Source: Spirochaetaceae bacterium
GTDB taxonomy: Bacteria; Spirochaetota; Spirochaetia; DSM-2461
DNA: 64,000 nt
Direction: 5' to 3'
Assembly: GCA_051531975.1 (NCBI GenBank)
Contig: JAOPTT010000005.1
Span: 192,001-256,000 of the forward strand
Position numbers and translations under genes: made by a program. Numbering within the stretch: position 1 is the first letter of the stretch; each line of letters starts with the position of its first letter. Of this stretch, positions 9,931-21,065 are shown piece after piece. Under the pieces are notes generated by a model. The model did not search any database, was not told where the DNA came from, and saw only the letters and a list, made by a program, of their open reading frames with translations.

Positions 9931-10927
9931 TAAAAAAACAGTTAAGAAATGGTCTGAACCTTTTAGATATTGGCATTATTATCCCAGTTATGTGATTCCG
10001 GGGAATCCTGGAATTAAAGGGCATGAGGATATCAAGATGGTTGATGTTCCTACAGTTTACCAGCTTCCCGGTGATGATAACTGGTACATGAGTTTCATCG
10101 GATTTAATGGCCAGGGGTATCAGTCCTTTGTTTGTAGGAGTAGTGACCTTGTATCATGGACAGATTTCCGACTCGCCATGGGGTTTGGTAAAAAAGGGGA
10201 ATTCGATTTTGGAGGATGTGTAATAGGTTCGTATCTCTATGAGTCCTATGATATAAAAGCACGGAGAACTCTAAAACAGAAGGATGAAAAGTATTGGACT
10301 CTTTACGGATCTTATGCAAAACAAGGTGGATATGAACTGGATCCCGGTTATGAAGGGGTCGCTTCTTCAGTTGATGGTCTTTGTTGGCAACAGGCCAAAG
10401 AGAGTTACATACTATCGATACATGAAACGGATGTAGGGGCATGGGAAAAAGACTGTATCTATCAGCCCTGGCTGGTTGAGTTTGAAGGAAAATATTACAA
10501 CTTCTACAATGCCAAGGAAATGCCTCAGTGGATCGAGCAGATTGGACTTGCAACATCAGAGGACTTGATGAACTGGCAACGTCATAGTGTAAATCCGATT
10601 ATTAAGGTGTCCCCTTTAGGTTATGATAGTAAGTTCGCCTCTGACGCCAAGGTTTTTAGAGACGGCGACCATTGGGTGATGTTCTATTTTGGTGTAGGTC
10701 TGAAGGGGGCTCATATCATGGCCGCTTATTCGTGGGATCTTATCCATTGGACTGTTGACCCTGAACCACTTTACAAAGCGGGAGGGCATCCTGCCGGTCT
10801 GGATGAACAATATGCCCATAAGATTTCACTGGTATGGAATCCGGTAAATAAGACTTTTTATATGTATTATAACGGTGTCCAGGAGAATGGTCGTGGTATC
10901 GCTTTAATTACAAGTAAACCTATATGA
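9920..10927 (+). CDS. Five-bladed beta-propeller glycoside hydrolase-like protein (GH43/GH130/GH32-like)
   Basis: Repeated blade motifs SSDLVSW, ATSEDLMNW, SWDLIHW; P.L....YYNFYN pattern. Confidence 0.7.
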   Translation: MKIDKKTVKKWSEPFRYWHYYPSYVIPGNPGIKGHEDIKMVDVPTVYQLPGDDNWYMSFIGFNGQGYQSFVCRSSDLVSWTDFRLAMGFGKKGEFDFGGCVIGSYLYESYDIKARRTLKQKDEKYWTLYGSYAKQGGYELDPGYEGVASSVDGLCWQQAKESYILSIHETDVGAWEKDCIYQPWLVEFEGKYYNFYNAKEMPQWIEQIGLATSEDLMNWQRHSVNPIIKVSPLGYDSKFASDAKVFRDGDHWVMFYFGVGLKGAHIMAAYSWDLIHWTVDPEPLYKAGGHPAGLDEQYAHKISLVWNPVNKTFYMYYNGVQENGRGIALITSKPI

Positions 10928-10958
10928 AGTTAAATAAGAATGTAAATAAGGATTCAAA

Positions 10959-11864
10959 ATGACAGTAACAGAAAATAAACCAGCCTTCACACTCTGGCAG
11001 TTACCCGAGCAGACGAATTCTCAGATGAGTAGCTATGTGATCCGGACAGCCGGCAATGAGGTGATCGTAATTGACGGAGGTACAAAAGGCGATGCTGCCT
11101 ATCTTCGTAAGTTCATTGGAGGTATTGGCAACCATGTCCACGCCTGGTTTATATCTCATCCACACTTGGATCACGTCGATGCATTAACGAAGATACTTAA
11201 TGATAAATCCGATATAACAATCGATGTAATATACGCATCGTTACCCGACGATAACTGGCTGAAGAAGAATCAGGACTCTCACGCCCTAAGGACCCAGAAA
11301 ACATTAAAAGCTGCTCTTAAGAAGTCCGGTCACAAACTCATGGAGCTTTCACCCAGTCAGAAAATCGAATTTCAGGAGACTACCTTTGAGGTTCTTGCAG
11401 TGTGGAATCCTGAATTGACCTTCAACGCAGTTAACAATCAATCCGCCGTCTGGCGTGTGGATGGCGGTGGAACATCTGTTCTTTTTCTGGGTGATCTTGG
11501 AGAAGAAGGGGGGAATAAGCTTCTAAATAGTCCCTATCGGAACAGACTCAAAGCGGATTGTGTACAGATGGCCCATCATGGCCAGACAGGTGTGAATGAG
11601 GAGTTTTATAAAACTGTGAATCCGAAGTTCTGTTTATGGGCTACCCCTGCCTGGTTATGGGAAAACGATAGTGGGAAAGGGCGAAATTCGGGGCCGTGGA
11701 AGACACTTGAAGTGCGTGCATGGATGGATAAACTGGACATAGAAGGGCACTATATTTCCAAGGATGGACTGCACCGAATTGACATACCCAATAACTGTGA
11801 AAAACCAAATGTAGAACAATATACTGCTAACGATAATATAAAGGAGGCACTTAAAGATGTCTAA
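10959..11864 (+). CDS. Metallo-beta-lactamase-fold hydrolase (ComEC/Rec2-like catalytic domain)
   Basis: VIDGG, SHPHLDH (HxHxDH), LFLGDL, AHHG. Confidence 0.85.
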   Translation: MTVTENKPAFTLWQLPEQTNSQMSSYVIRTAGNEVIVIDGGTKGDAAYLRKFIGGIGNHVHAWFISHPHLDHVDALTKILNDKSDITIDVIYASLPDDNWLKKNQDSHALRTQKTLKAALKKSGHKLMELSPSQKIEFQETTFEVLAVWNPELTFNAVNNQSAVWRVDGGGTSVLFLGDLGEEGGNKLLNSPYRNRLKADCVQMAHHGQTGVNEEFYKTVNPKFCLWATPAWLWENDSGKGRNSGPWKTLEVRAWMDKLDIEGHYISKDGLHRIDIPNNCEKPNVEQYTANDNIKEALKDV

Positions 11865-13374
11865 AGTAAATAAACCAAATGTACTGTTTATAATGACAGA
11901 TCAACAGCGGTACGATACTATCGCATCCCTTGGAAATGAATACACATATACACCAAATATGGACCGTCTTGTAAAGCGAGGTTTAAGTTTTTCTAACGCC
12001 TACTCTCCATGTCCCGTTTGTATTCCCGCCCGGTATATTATCCGGACCGGTTGTGAGTCTCCAACTATAAGGAGTTTTAACAATGGATTTTTAGATCCAG
12101 CACTGGGACAAGCAAAAACTATAGAAGGACGATGTGGTCTGTATCTGGGTAAAACAATGAATAAATTAGGGTATCGAACATTTGGTATCGGGAAGTTTCA
12201 TAGTTCTCCATGGAATGAAGATCTAGGTTTTGAGACTCATCTGCATAGTGAGGAGCTCTATGAAACACCAAATCAGAGAGAAGGGGATGCCTACGCTTCC
12301 TGGCTTAGTAAAGAGCATCCTGAGTATGACCATGTGGAAGCATTAATGGGAGAACGTTCCGAGATGTATTATATGCCCCAGATGAGTGTTCAACCTGCAG
12401 ACTGTGCAGTTGAATCCTGGGTGGCGGATAGAGCTGTAGAGCAGATTAATATTGGTGATGAACGGCCCTATTTTGGAATGGTCTCATTTATTGGCCCTCA
12501 CCCTCCTTTTGCTCCACCTATTCCATTTAACCGGATGTATAATCCAGATAAGATGCCCGGTCCAATCCGTGGAGATATAAAAACCGATCATATGGATCAG
12601 CAGATACCATTTATGAATGATATCATTTGGGCGGAATCCATTAATGATCCCCATTCCCGTATTTTAAAAGCGAGATATTATGGTGAAATATCCTATATAG
12701 ACGGTTGTTTGGGACGTATTCTTGATGCTGTAGAATCCAGGGAGGACAGTGACAATACGGTTATATGTTTTTTTACCGATCATGGTGACCATTTAGGGGA
12801 TCATAGTGCATGGCAGAAGGAGAGTTTTTTTGATGTTAGTGCACGAATCCCTTTTCTTGTAAGCTGGCCTAAACAGCTGCCATCAAACCAGCGTAGATCT
12901 GAACTGGTTAGCCTTACAGACCTTTTTGGAATTGCAACTGGTGCTGCAGGAAAAACTGAAGCCAGGGAGGGTGTTGATCTACTTGGTATTATTGAAGGAA
13001 GTTGTGAACCCCGTGATATGCTTTTTGGTTATTATGGTGCGCCTGGAACAGATGAATTCAAAATTATGGTCCGGGATGACCGGTGGAAATATATCTATTT
13101 TGCAAATGGTGGACAGGAACAGCTTTTTGATCTGGATAGTGACCCTGGGGAGATTAACAATCTTGCACAACATGAGAGGGATACAGTTTATAGGCTTAAA
13201 AAAAGAGCAGTAGAGGCCTGTTCTAAACCAGGTTCATTGGAGGCTCTTGATGGTAATGAATTAAAGGTTTTGCCTCTAAGAGAGTGGAAATGGAAAGGTG
13301 AAAGAGTCTATCAGTTTGATCAGTCCAAAGGTATTAATGGTTTTCCAGATAATCCGGGGGATCTCTTGAAATGA
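11857..13374 (+). CDS. Cys-type sulfatase (S1 family)
   Basis: KPNVLFIMTDQQR, CIPAR, GKFH, TDHGD. Confidence 0.92.
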   Translation: MSKVNKPNVLFIMTDQQRYDTIASLGNEYTYTPNMDRLVKRGLSFSNAYSPCPVCIPARYIIRTGCESPTIRSFNNGFLDPALGQAKTIEGRCGLYLGKTMNKLGYRTFGIGKFHSSPWNEDLGFETHLHSEELYETPNQREGDAYASWLSKEHPEYDHVEALMGERSEMYYMPQMSVQPADCAVESWVADRAVEQINIGDERPYFGMVSFIGPHPPFAPPIPFNRMYNPDKMPGPIRGDIKTDHMDQQIPFMNDIIWAESINDPHSRILKARYYGEISYIDGCLGRILDAVESREDSDNTVICFFTDHGDHLGDHSAWQKESFFDVSARIPFLVSWPKQLPSNQRRSELVSLTDLFGIATGAAGKTEAREGVDLLGIIEGSCEPRDMLFGYYGAPGTDEFKIMVRDDRWKYIYFANGGQEQLFDLDSDPGEINNLAQHERDTVYRLKKRAVEACSKPGSLEALDGNELKVLPLREWKWKGERVYQFDQSKGINGFPDNPGDLLK

Positions 13375-13556
13375 TGAACATATCCATATACGACCCCGTA
13401 GTGACAATTTCTTCGGGGAAACTAAATTTTTACCATTATTTCAACAAAATAACGAAGGAAAGACTATTTTTACAACTTTTAGAATAAACCTAGATTGTAA
13501 AAATATTTTAGATATAATTTTTTATTGAAAATTAACTAGCTTCTCTATAATAGAAA

Positions 13557-13585
13557 TTGACCAGGTATATATCAAGGTATATACT
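13557..13585 (+). promoter_or_regulatory. vapBC promoter with overlapping GTATATA operator-like repeats
   Basis: TTGACC-N17-TATACT; two GGTATATA motifs lie in the spacer and -10 region. Confidence 0.7.
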
Positions 13586-13608
13586 TGTATAGAAGAAGGG
13601 AGAATAAA

Positions 13609-13839
13609 ATGCAAACAGCAAAATTATTTTTGAATGGTAGAAGCCAGGCAGTAAGACTTCCAAAAGAGTATCAATTTAAAGGTGATGATGTTTATATTCA
13701 AAAACATGGTGATGCAGTAATTTTAATACCACACGATAAAGCATGGGAAGTATTTATGCATGGTTTAAATTCTTTTACAGATGATTTCATGGAAGATGGA
13801 AGAGAGCAAGGTCCTAATCAAGAAAGAGAGGAGTTCTAG
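13609..13839 (+). CDS. vapB: VapB antitoxin (AbrB/SpoVT type)
   Basis: MQTAKLFLNGRSQAVRLPKEYQF; ATG at 13609 follows GGAG. Confidence 0.92.
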   Translation: MQTAKLFLNGRSQAVRLPKEYQFKGDDVYIQKHGDAVILIPHDKAWEVFMHGLNSFTDDFMEDGREQGPNQEREEF

Positions 13840-14240
13840 TGTATTTACTAGATACTAATATTTGCATCTATGCCATAAAAAACAGACCTTTGAATGTTCT
13901 TAAAAAAATCTCTGAGAATTTTAGTGATGGAATATATATTTCATCATTAACAGTTGCAGAACTAGAATTTGGTGTTTCAAATAGTCAGAATCCTGAAAAA
14001 AATAGAATCGCACTTCTTGAGTTTATATCAATTTTTTCAATTCTTCCGTTTAATGAAAAAGATGCTGTTCCATATGGAAAGATTAAAGCGACTCTGAGAA
14101 AGCTAGGAAAGATAATTGGTCCAATTGATCTTTTATTAGCAGGTCAAGCAATATCAAATGAACTAACATTTATAACTAATAATACTAAAGAGTTCCTACG
14201 AGTTCCTGGAATTAAATTAGAAGATTGGTCTATAGAGTAA
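13839..14240 (+). CDS. vapC: VapC PIN-domain toxin
   Basis: YLLDTNICI, TVAELEFG, IGPIDLLLAGQA, TNNTKEF; overlaps the vapB stop. Confidence 0.93.
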   Translation: MYLLDTNICIYAIKNRPLNVLKKISENFSDGIYISSLTVAELEFGVSNSQNPEKNRIALLEFISIFSILPFNEKDAVPYGKIKATLRKLGKIIGPIDLLLAGQAISNELTFITNNTKEFLRVPGIKLEDWSIE

Positions 14241-14301
14241 TTCATCATTACTTAATATAGATAAAATATTTGAGACCTAGATTCCACCATTAATTAAATT
14301 G

Positions 14302-15939
14302 TCAATCAGGCTGACCATAAAGCAATCTGTATTTACTAGGCGTATTCCCGGTTGATGACTTGAATATTTTACTGAAATATTTTGTATTTCTGAAACCGAC
14401 CATATTTGAGATTTTGCTTATCTGAATGTTTGATGTAGTCAGGTAATGTTTTGCCTTAGACATCCTCAAATTTGTTACATAATTTATATAAGTATCCCCG
14501 ACAGTTTTTTTGAACTCCCGGCTGAAGTGTTCCGGACTCATATAGATCTGTGATGCTACTTTTTCCAGGCTGATATCATTTGCAAAGTTGGAATCAATAA
14601 AATCCTTGGCTTTATAGATAGACGAAGTGGAACTGGTTAGAAGTAGGTCTTTAAGAGAATGAAAGCATTTAATAATTATATTTTCAAACCAGAGTATCAT
14701 AGCATCGACACTGGTTTGATTATTGACTTCTGTATATAAAATATACTCATCTCCAAGTAGTTCTTCAGGATCAAGTTTTATTTGCCTGGTAATTTTAAAT
14801 ATAAGTATTAGCAATTGATAATTAAGATTCTGTAATTTTTCAACATTAATATAAGTTGATTCTATAACCTCGGCATACAATTTTTTGATCACTGAAAGGG
14901 CAGCTTCCTTCTCTTCCTTCTCAAAACAACGAAGTAAAGTTCTTTCAGTTTCAAAGTCCAGTATTACGGGGTGATCATTTTCTGATCCATGTACATTTTG
15001 ATAATAGACTCCATCTGCATTTACTAATTTTTGAGCCATAGCATTCAAAGCTGCCGTATAGGATCTGTTTAGAGAAGAAACCGAGTTAACAATCGAACCA
15101 ATGGCAATAGTTATGGGGATGTTTAGTTTGGAATCGATCACTCTTTTAAATTTTATAAACTTTGAGTAAAGTTCGTCTAAATCCTCCATAGGTATATTAG
15201 AGTTAAAATTCATAAGAAACCCACTTCCTTGCTTATAATCAAATACGTTAATTTCTAACTCCCAGGATGAAAAACTATCAAAAAATATTTCATTCAATTT
15301 TTGGTATTGTAAACTGATTTCCTGGCTCTTTTTCATTGCAGATTGATCATTTCTTTTTTCAAGAATGGCTAATATTACAATATAATTTTTTCTATGAAAT
15401 TCGAACTTGAGCTTTTTCATCTGAGTTGTAATGTAATGTGATTCAGAAATAGGATTGACTATAATCGAGGATAGGAAATTCCTCTTTAAAACCTTTAAAT
15501 TTTCATGATACTGTTCCTTAAATAATTGGGAGTTTTCCTTGTCAAATCTTTCATTATCGATTTGAACTTTCGCTAAAGTTATAGTGTGTATCAGTTCTTC
15601 ATCTTTTATAGGCTTTAAAAGATAGGAGAAAGCCCCATAACTAATTGCTTTTTGAGCATTTTGAAAAGAGTCGTATGCACTCAATATGATAAAAACAGAT
15701 TCTTTAGACTTTGTTTCTTTTGCTTTCCCAAGTAAAGTAATACCATCCATTACGGGCATTTTTATATCTGATATAATTAAGTCTATTTTTTCTTTTTCTA
15801 GAAAATTCAAAGCTTCTTTTCCGTTATCAGCTTCTAAAACATTTTTTAGCCCCATTTTAGAAAGAATCCGTTTTACATGTATGCGGACTTTTACTTCATC
15901 TTCAACCAGCAGTATTTTCAAATAATCAGCTCCTTTCAA
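14302..15939 (-). CDS. Response regulator, receiver plus AraC domain (YesN-like)
   Basis: LLVEDE, SDIKMPVMDG and YLLKP, with a C-terminal AraC double HTH. Confidence 0.9.
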   Translation of the reverse strand: MKGADYLKILLVEDEVKVRIHVKRILSKMGLKNVLEADNGKEALNFLEKEKIDLIISDIKMPVMDGITLLGKAKETKSKESVFIILSAYDSFQNAQKAISYGAFSYLLKPIKDEELIHTITLAKVQIDNERFDKENSQLFKEQYHENLKVLKRNFLSSIIVNPISESHYITTQMKKLKFEFHRKNYIVILAILEKRNDQSAMKKSQEISLQYQKLNEIFFDSFSSWELEINVFDYKQGSGFLMNFNSNIPMEDLDELYSKFIKFKRVIDSKLNIPITIAIGSIVNSVSSLNRSYTAALNAMAQKLVNADGVYYQNVHGSENDHPVILDFETERTLLRCFEKEEKEAALSVIKKLYAEVIESTYINVEKLQNLNYQLLILIFKITRQIKLDPEELLGDEYILYTEVNNQTSVDAMILWFENIIIKCFHSLKDLLLTSSTSSIYKAKDFIDSNFANDISLEKVASQIYMSPEHFSREFKKTVGDTYINYVTNLRMSKAKHYLTTSNIQISKISNMVGFRNTKYFSKIFKSSTGNTPSKYRLLYGQPD

Positions 15940-17752
15940 TATATGGCAGAGTTATTTTTACTATTGTATTTTCGCTCTCTTTACTGGATATTGATAATCC
16001 AAATTTTTTATCAAAGTGTAGTTTTATTCTTGAATTGACATTGTATATGCCTATTGAAGCATTAATAGATTCTATCTCTTCACTACTGTCTGATAATGCT
16101 GCATTAATTAGAGACAATTTTTTCAGGGGGATACCAATGCCGTTATCGTAAACATAGATAATTAACTTGTTGCCCAACCGTTTTGTCGTTATTCGGATTT
16201 CCCCTTTTCCCTTTTGAAGTTCAATACCATGCTGCATTGAATTTTCTAGTAAGGGCTGCAGAGTGAGCCATGGTAATTGGGCATAAATTGTATCTTGAGC
16301 TATTTCATATTTGATTTGAAATTTATCCTCATATCGTTCTTTTTGAATGTTCATATAATTCTTTGCATGTTCAATCTCTTCATATAAACAGACATTGGTT
16401 TTTTCATTTTTTAATGTGTACCTGAGAAAATCTGAAAGATTCAATAACATCGTTGATGCTGTTTTATTACTGTTTGAATCAATAACCATCTTGATGGAGT
16501 TCAATGTATTATATAAAAAATGGGGATTGATTTGACTATATAAAGAGTCTAATTCAGCCTGTTTTCTAAGCAGATTGGCATTATACTTTTCTTGTATTAA
16601 TAATTGTATATTTGTTACCATTTTATTGAATAGTATAGCTATTTCAGATATTTCATCAGTTCCTTTTTCCGGGATACTGATCTGAAAATTACCACAACCA
16701 AGTTCATTAAAAATCGATTTGATGTCCTCAATCCTGAAAGTAATTATTCTTGAAATTATGAATGAGGCAACAATGATAATAACAAGTAGAATTAGAAGAA
16801 CATAAAAAGTATTGTTTCTGAGAAATACACTACGCAGTAATAGATCGGAAACAGGCAGTGCCGATATGATTCTGAAACCGAATTTACTGGGGGAACTTGC
16901 CATAAACAGTATTTCATTTTTTTTGATTGTTTTGTTTAATGTGGCTGTATTAGTATCTGCCTTTTGGTTCACATCAATAAAGCCAATAATCATTTCTCTA
17001 CTTAATTCCCTGTTTGAATAGACTAATTCTCCCTGGTTGCTGAAGATCACTAATGAATGATTCTTTGATAAGAAAGATTTAGAGGGATATCCGAAGAATT
17101 GTTCTGTTTCCTGGTCCAGTAGTATCACACCGATAGGAGTACCGTAATTAGGGTCGAAGATTACTTGTGAAATGGATACAATACTGGTTTTATTAGATCC
17201 TGTCGGGTAAAATAAAAAGTCGTTGTAATGGGGCTGATGGAACAGAGTCCTTCCGTTTAAAACGATTGTCTCAAGAAACCAGTCTTTGTCTTTGACGGAT
17301 ATTAAACTGGAGTTGCTCCCATCGAGGTTCATGGTGAATTTTAAATCACCATTCATATCAAATAATGAAATTCCATAAAGGTTGGCGTTGGAATTAAATT
17401 GGAAACTAAAAAAATTATCCAGTTGGTTTATCACATCAAAATATTTATCTGTATATAATTCTGATTCGCTATTCAGTATATATTTGATATCGTCCTGAAG
17501 GATCAATTGGGAAAATATCTGTTTCTGAAGGGAGTAGTAACTATCATCGATGCTATTGCTGATTTTTATATTATTATCCTGATTATACATAATGAAATCA
17601 GTTTCCACGGATTTTGAAGATAATTTGTAAGAGATAAAACCAAATAATAACACTGGTGTTAGAATGGCAAAGGTGCTTATAAAAAAGATTTTGTATCGAA
17701 TTTTGCTATTTATATTAGTTCCGATATGAGTAATAAATTTATTTTTAAGCAC
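15926..17752 (-). CDS. Sensor histidine kinase (YesM-like, HAMP)
   Basis: Two TM segments; SQINPHFLYNTL, LQPLLENS, DNGIG. GTG at 17752 after GGAG is the preferred start; the ORF track starts at 17863. Confidence 0.88.
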   Translation of the reverse strand: MLKNKFITHIGTNINSKIRYKIFFISTFAILTPVLLFGFISYKLSSKSVETDFIMYNQDNNIKISNSIDDSYYSLQKQIFSQLILQDDIKYILNSESELYTDKYFDVINQLDNFFSFQFNSNANLYGISLFDMNGDLKFTMNLDGSNSSLISVKDKDWFLETIVLNGRTLFHQPHYNDFLFYPTGSNKTSIVSISQVIFDPNYGTPIGVILLDQETEQFFGYPSKSFLSKNHSLVIFSNQGELVYSNRELSREMIIGFIDVNQKADTNTATLNKTIKKNEILFMASSPSKFGFRIISALPVSDLLLRSVFLRNNTFYVLLILLVIIIVASFIISRIITFRIEDIKSIFNELGCGNFQISIPEKGTDEISEIAILFNKMVTNIQLLIQEKYNANLLRKQAELDSLYSQINPHFLYNTLNSIKMVIDSNSNKTASTMLLNLSDFLRYTLKNEKTNVCLYEEIEHAKNYMNIQKERYEDKFQIKYEIAQDTIYAQLPWLTLQPLLENSMQHGIELQKGKGEIRITTKRLGNKLIIYVYDNGIGIPLKKLSLINAALSDSSEEIESINASIGIYNVNSRIKLHFDKKFGLSISSKESENTIVKITLPYIERS

Positions 17753-17935
17753 CTCATACTCTCCATTGTCTAAATAATGTCTAAATAATAACATGGTAAT
17801 TGTAATTTGTGATGAAAGATTATTGAAAGTGAAAAAGTCATCAAATATGTATACTTTTATCAATTTATTGTGCCTATACTGATAAAGAATCTGGATCTAG
17901 ACTTTATAAAGTAAACAAATATTAAGGAGAATTTT

Positions 17936-19231
17936 ATGTTAAAAAAAATGCTTATGTCTATGTTTCTGATTTTATTATCAGCATCTGTAATTTTCGCTTC
18001 TGGTCAGAATGAGACTAATGAAACGGTAATCAAATCAGATTCAGATAATTTCACTATTAAGGTTTCCAGTTGGAATCTGGGTGATGAACCCTCTGGAATC
18101 ATCAAATCCTACAAAGAGTCTTTTGAAAAGATTTATAAAGAGAAATATCCAAATGCTACGATTGAGATTATCAATACACCGGGTGAAAAATATTTTGATG
18201 TATTAAAGGCGCAGATGGCTTCCAACTCTGCCGCTGATGTCGTGCAGTATCAAGGTACGGAAACGGCCCTTTTTGCACAGGCAGGATTCCTGGCGGACTT
18301 ATCTGATATGTCGGTAGTAGATAATATAAGTGTACTGGAGCCTGTTTCTTATGATGGGAAAGTCTACGGAATCCCATTTGATACAGGAAGCTGGGGAGTG
18401 TGGTATAGCAAAAAAATATTCAAGGAAAACAATATCTCTGTTCCTGTAACCTGGGATGAGTTTCTTGCAGCTTGTGAAAAAATCAAAGGTCTGGGCATTA
18501 CTCCAATAGCTGGAGGATTTTTAGATAGCTGGATAGCAAATATGACTGTGAGTGTATTCCGTCCAAATGACTACGGAACTGTAGATTACGAATTGGATCT
18601 ATACAACGGTTCTAAAAAAATTGCCGGACCTGAAATGGAAAAAACATTTAGAAAACTGCAAATAATGATTGATAATGTTTATTTTGGTGAAGATGCCTTG
18701 AGCAACGGCTGGGATTTACAACGAAACGGTTTTGAGAATGGAAAATCAGCCATGATCATTCACGGTTCTTATATGGCCGGTCTTGCAAATATAGAAACTG
18801 CAGATCAGGGAGGAATGGAAACAGGTTTCTTCGCCATTCCAAATGATACTGGAAAACCTTTACTGGGTGTAGGTGTTGGTATGATTACAGGTGTTAACTC
18901 AAAAACTGATGATCTTGAACGGGCTAAAGACTTGGTTGCAGCAATGAATTCAGCTGAAGCTATCGTAGTAAGAATGAAAGATGCTGGAATGTTTCCTGCA
19001 ATAAATGGAATAGAAATCGACTATAAAGAAACAGGTAACAAAGAGTTTCTTCAGGTTCTAGGATCTTCGGAAACAGTTAGTGTTAATAGATTTATTCCTG
19101 GTTCTGTAACAGATTTGACAGGTCAAATATTTACAAAAATGCTCTCAGGTCAGACCTTTGATCCCGAATGGTTAAATAACCTGGATTCAACATATCTAAA
19201 TGATAAATCATTGTTAGCACCTCCACAATAG
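17936..19231 (+). CDS. Carbohydrate ABC transporter substrate-binding protein
   Basis: Signal peptide ending FASGQNE; DGKVYGIP, VPVTWDEF and FENGKSAM motifs; AAGGAG RBS. Confidence 0.9.
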   Translation: MLKKMLMSMFLILLSASVIFASGQNETNETVIKSDSDNFTIKVSSWNLGDEPSGIIKSYKESFEKIYKEKYPNATIEIINTPGEKYFDVLKAQMASNSAADVVQYQGTETALFAQAGFLADLSDMSVVDNISVLEPVSYDGKVYGIPFDTGSWGVWYSKKIFKENNISVPVTWDEFLAACEKIKGLGITPIAGGFLDSWIANMTVSVFRPNDYGTVDYELDLYNGSKKIAGPEMEKTFRKLQIMIDNVYFGEDALSNGWDLQRNGFENGKSAMIIHGSYMAGLANIETADQGGMETGFFAIPNDTGKPLLGVGVGMITGVNSKTDDLERAKDLVAAMNSAEAIVVRMKDAGMFPAINGIEIDYKETGNKEFLQVLGSSETVSVNRFIPGSVTDLTGQIFTKMLSGQTFDPEWLNNLDSTYLNDKSLLAPPQ

Positions 19232-19260
19232 GGAGTAAAAAAAGCAATATAATCAAACTC

Positions 19261-19292
19261 GTATATGCTGGTAAAATATAGCCGGCATATAC
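19261..19292 (+). terminator. Intercistronic hairpin after the binding-protein gene (stabiliser or partial terminator)
   Basis: GTATATGCTGG...CCGGCATATAC inverted repeat. Confidence 0.55.
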
Positions 19293-19313
19293 TGTATTTT
19301 AATAGGTGGTATT

Positions 19314-20192
19314 ATGATTTCTAATAAACGAGACTTGCTGATAGATATTATATTTATCTTACCGGTCTCCATTCTGTTTTTTATTTTTACAATTTATCCG
19401 TTTTTAGGTTCATTTTATTACTCTTTAACCCAATGGAACGGGTTTACGGAACCTGTATTTATAGGAATAGCCAATTTTAAAAGGCTGTTTGACGAGGGAA
19501 GTTTTCTTATATCTTTAAGGAATACGATATTATTTGCATTATCTGGCTTATGTATTTCAAATGTGATAAGTCTCTGTCTTGCACTGGCTTTGAAGAGTGC
19601 AGGTAAAATGTCCTCTGTGTTGCGAACAATCTTCTATCTTCCGGGAGTAGTCAGTTTTGTTTCAATGTCCATTATCTGGTCTTCTATTTATCATTATAAT
19701 GGGGCTCTTAATCAGTTATTACGGAAATTCGGATTGGAAGTCTTAACTAAGGAGTGGTTAGGCACATACCAAAGTGTTATACCGTCACTGATTGTCATAT
19801 TAGTTTGGTCCGGTATGGGTTTTGGTCTTATTATTTTCATCGCCGGTCTTAATTCCATACCAAAAGAGTTGTATGAAGCGGCAGATGTAGATGGTGCTAG
19901 TCCAATTACAAAATTCAGAATAATCACATTTCCACTTCTTATGCCGTCAATCACTATTGTTACATTTCTTGGATTCGTAACAACTTTGAAGATTTTCGAT
20001 CTTCCTTTTATTATGACAGGCGGTGGACCGGGTGATGCATCTAATACAGTTGCAATGATTATTTACAAACAGGCCTTCAGTTACAACAATTATGGTTATG
20101 CAAGTGCTGCAGGAATTATACTGTTTATTCTCGTTGGAATCGTCTCTGTTGTGCAAATGAGATTAACCAGAAGTAAAGAGGTACAAATGTAA
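19314..20192 (+). CDS. Carbohydrate ABC permease
   Basis: EAA loop ELYEAADVDGA; multiple TM segments. Confidence 0.92.
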   Translation: MISNKRDLLIDIIFILPVSILFFIFTIYPFLGSFYYSLTQWNGFTEPVFIGIANFKRLFDEGSFLISLRNTILFALSGLCISNVISLCLALALKSAGKMSSVLRTIFYLPGVVSFVSMSIIWSSIYHYNGALNQLLRKFGLEVLTKEWLGTYQSVIPSLIVILVWSGMGFGLIIFIAGLNSIPKELYEAADVDGASPITKFRIITFPLLMPSITIVTFLGFVTTLKIFDLPFIMTGGGPGDASNTVAMIIYKQAFSYNNYGYASAAGIILFILVGIVSVVQMRLTRSKEVQM

Positions 20193-21061
20193 TGGAAACG
20201 CTAAGTTTACAAAGTAACAATACATCAAATAAATTCTCCACTAAGAATATATCGGGAGTAGTAATTAATTCATTTATGTGGATATTTGCCACCATAGTAT
20301 TTGCCCCTTTTGTATTATTTATATTAAATACGTTTAAAGAAAAAGAGCATATATATGATGTTTTTCATATACCCGATCTAAGGTATCTTGATAATTACAA
20401 GGCAGTATTTGAAACCTCAGATTTCTTTCAGTCTCTTTTTTTGACAGTGTTGATTTCAAGTATAACCTTAATAATAATAGTGAATATATCCGCTTTGGCA
20501 GGATATGCTATTAGCCGGTCAAAATATAAAATAATTAAATACTTATATGTAATTCTGGTTGCCGGACAGATTGTACCAGCACAGACAAGCATGATTCCCA
20601 TTTATAAAATAGGAGTCGCAACACATCTTATCAACACAGTTCCTTTTCTAATAATCCTCTATGTAGCGGGTGGAAGTGCTTTTGCAACGATACTTATAGC
20701 TGGATTTACAAAAACGATTCCACTAGCCCTTGAAGAAGCTGCCAATATCGATGGATGCGGGAGATTCAAGACTTTTTATAAAATAGTATTTCCATTACTT
20801 ATGCCGGCTATAGCAACAATTGTTGCGACGACTATTTACTGGTACTGGAATGATTTTCAAGGGCCACTTATTTATTTGAATAATGGTAAAGTCGGAACCC
20901 TCATGATGACAATTTACAATTTTATGGGATCAAATAACACAACAGACTGGGGTCCTGTATATGCCCTATGTTTATTAGCTTCAATACCAATGGTTGTGTT
21001 CTACATTTTTACACAAAGAATATTATTGAAAGGATTGGTCGTAGGATCAGTAAAGGGTTAA
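20192..21061 (+). CDS. Carbohydrate ABC permease
   Basis: LEEAANIDGC, WNDF, C-terminal GSVKG. Confidence 0.92.
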   Translation: METLSLQSNNTSNKFSTKNISGVVINSFMWIFATIVFAPFVLFILNTFKEKEHIYDVFHIPDLRYLDNYKAVFETSDFFQSLFLTVLISSITLIIIVNISALAGYAISRSKYKIIKYLYVILVAGQIVPAQTSMIPIYKIGVATHLINTVPFLIILYVAGGSAFATILIAGFTKTIPLALEEAANIDGCGRFKTFYKIVFPLLMPAIATIVATTIYWYWNDFQGPLIYLNNGKVGTLMMTIYNFMGSNNTTDWGPVYALCLLASIPMVVFYIFTQRILLKGLVVGSVKG

Positions 21062-21065
21062 ATGA

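Noticed and set aside
10959..11864. MBL-fold gene as a beta-lactamase or competence gene comEC
   Set aside because: No signal peptide or membrane competence domain; operon context suggests a small-molecule hydrolase.
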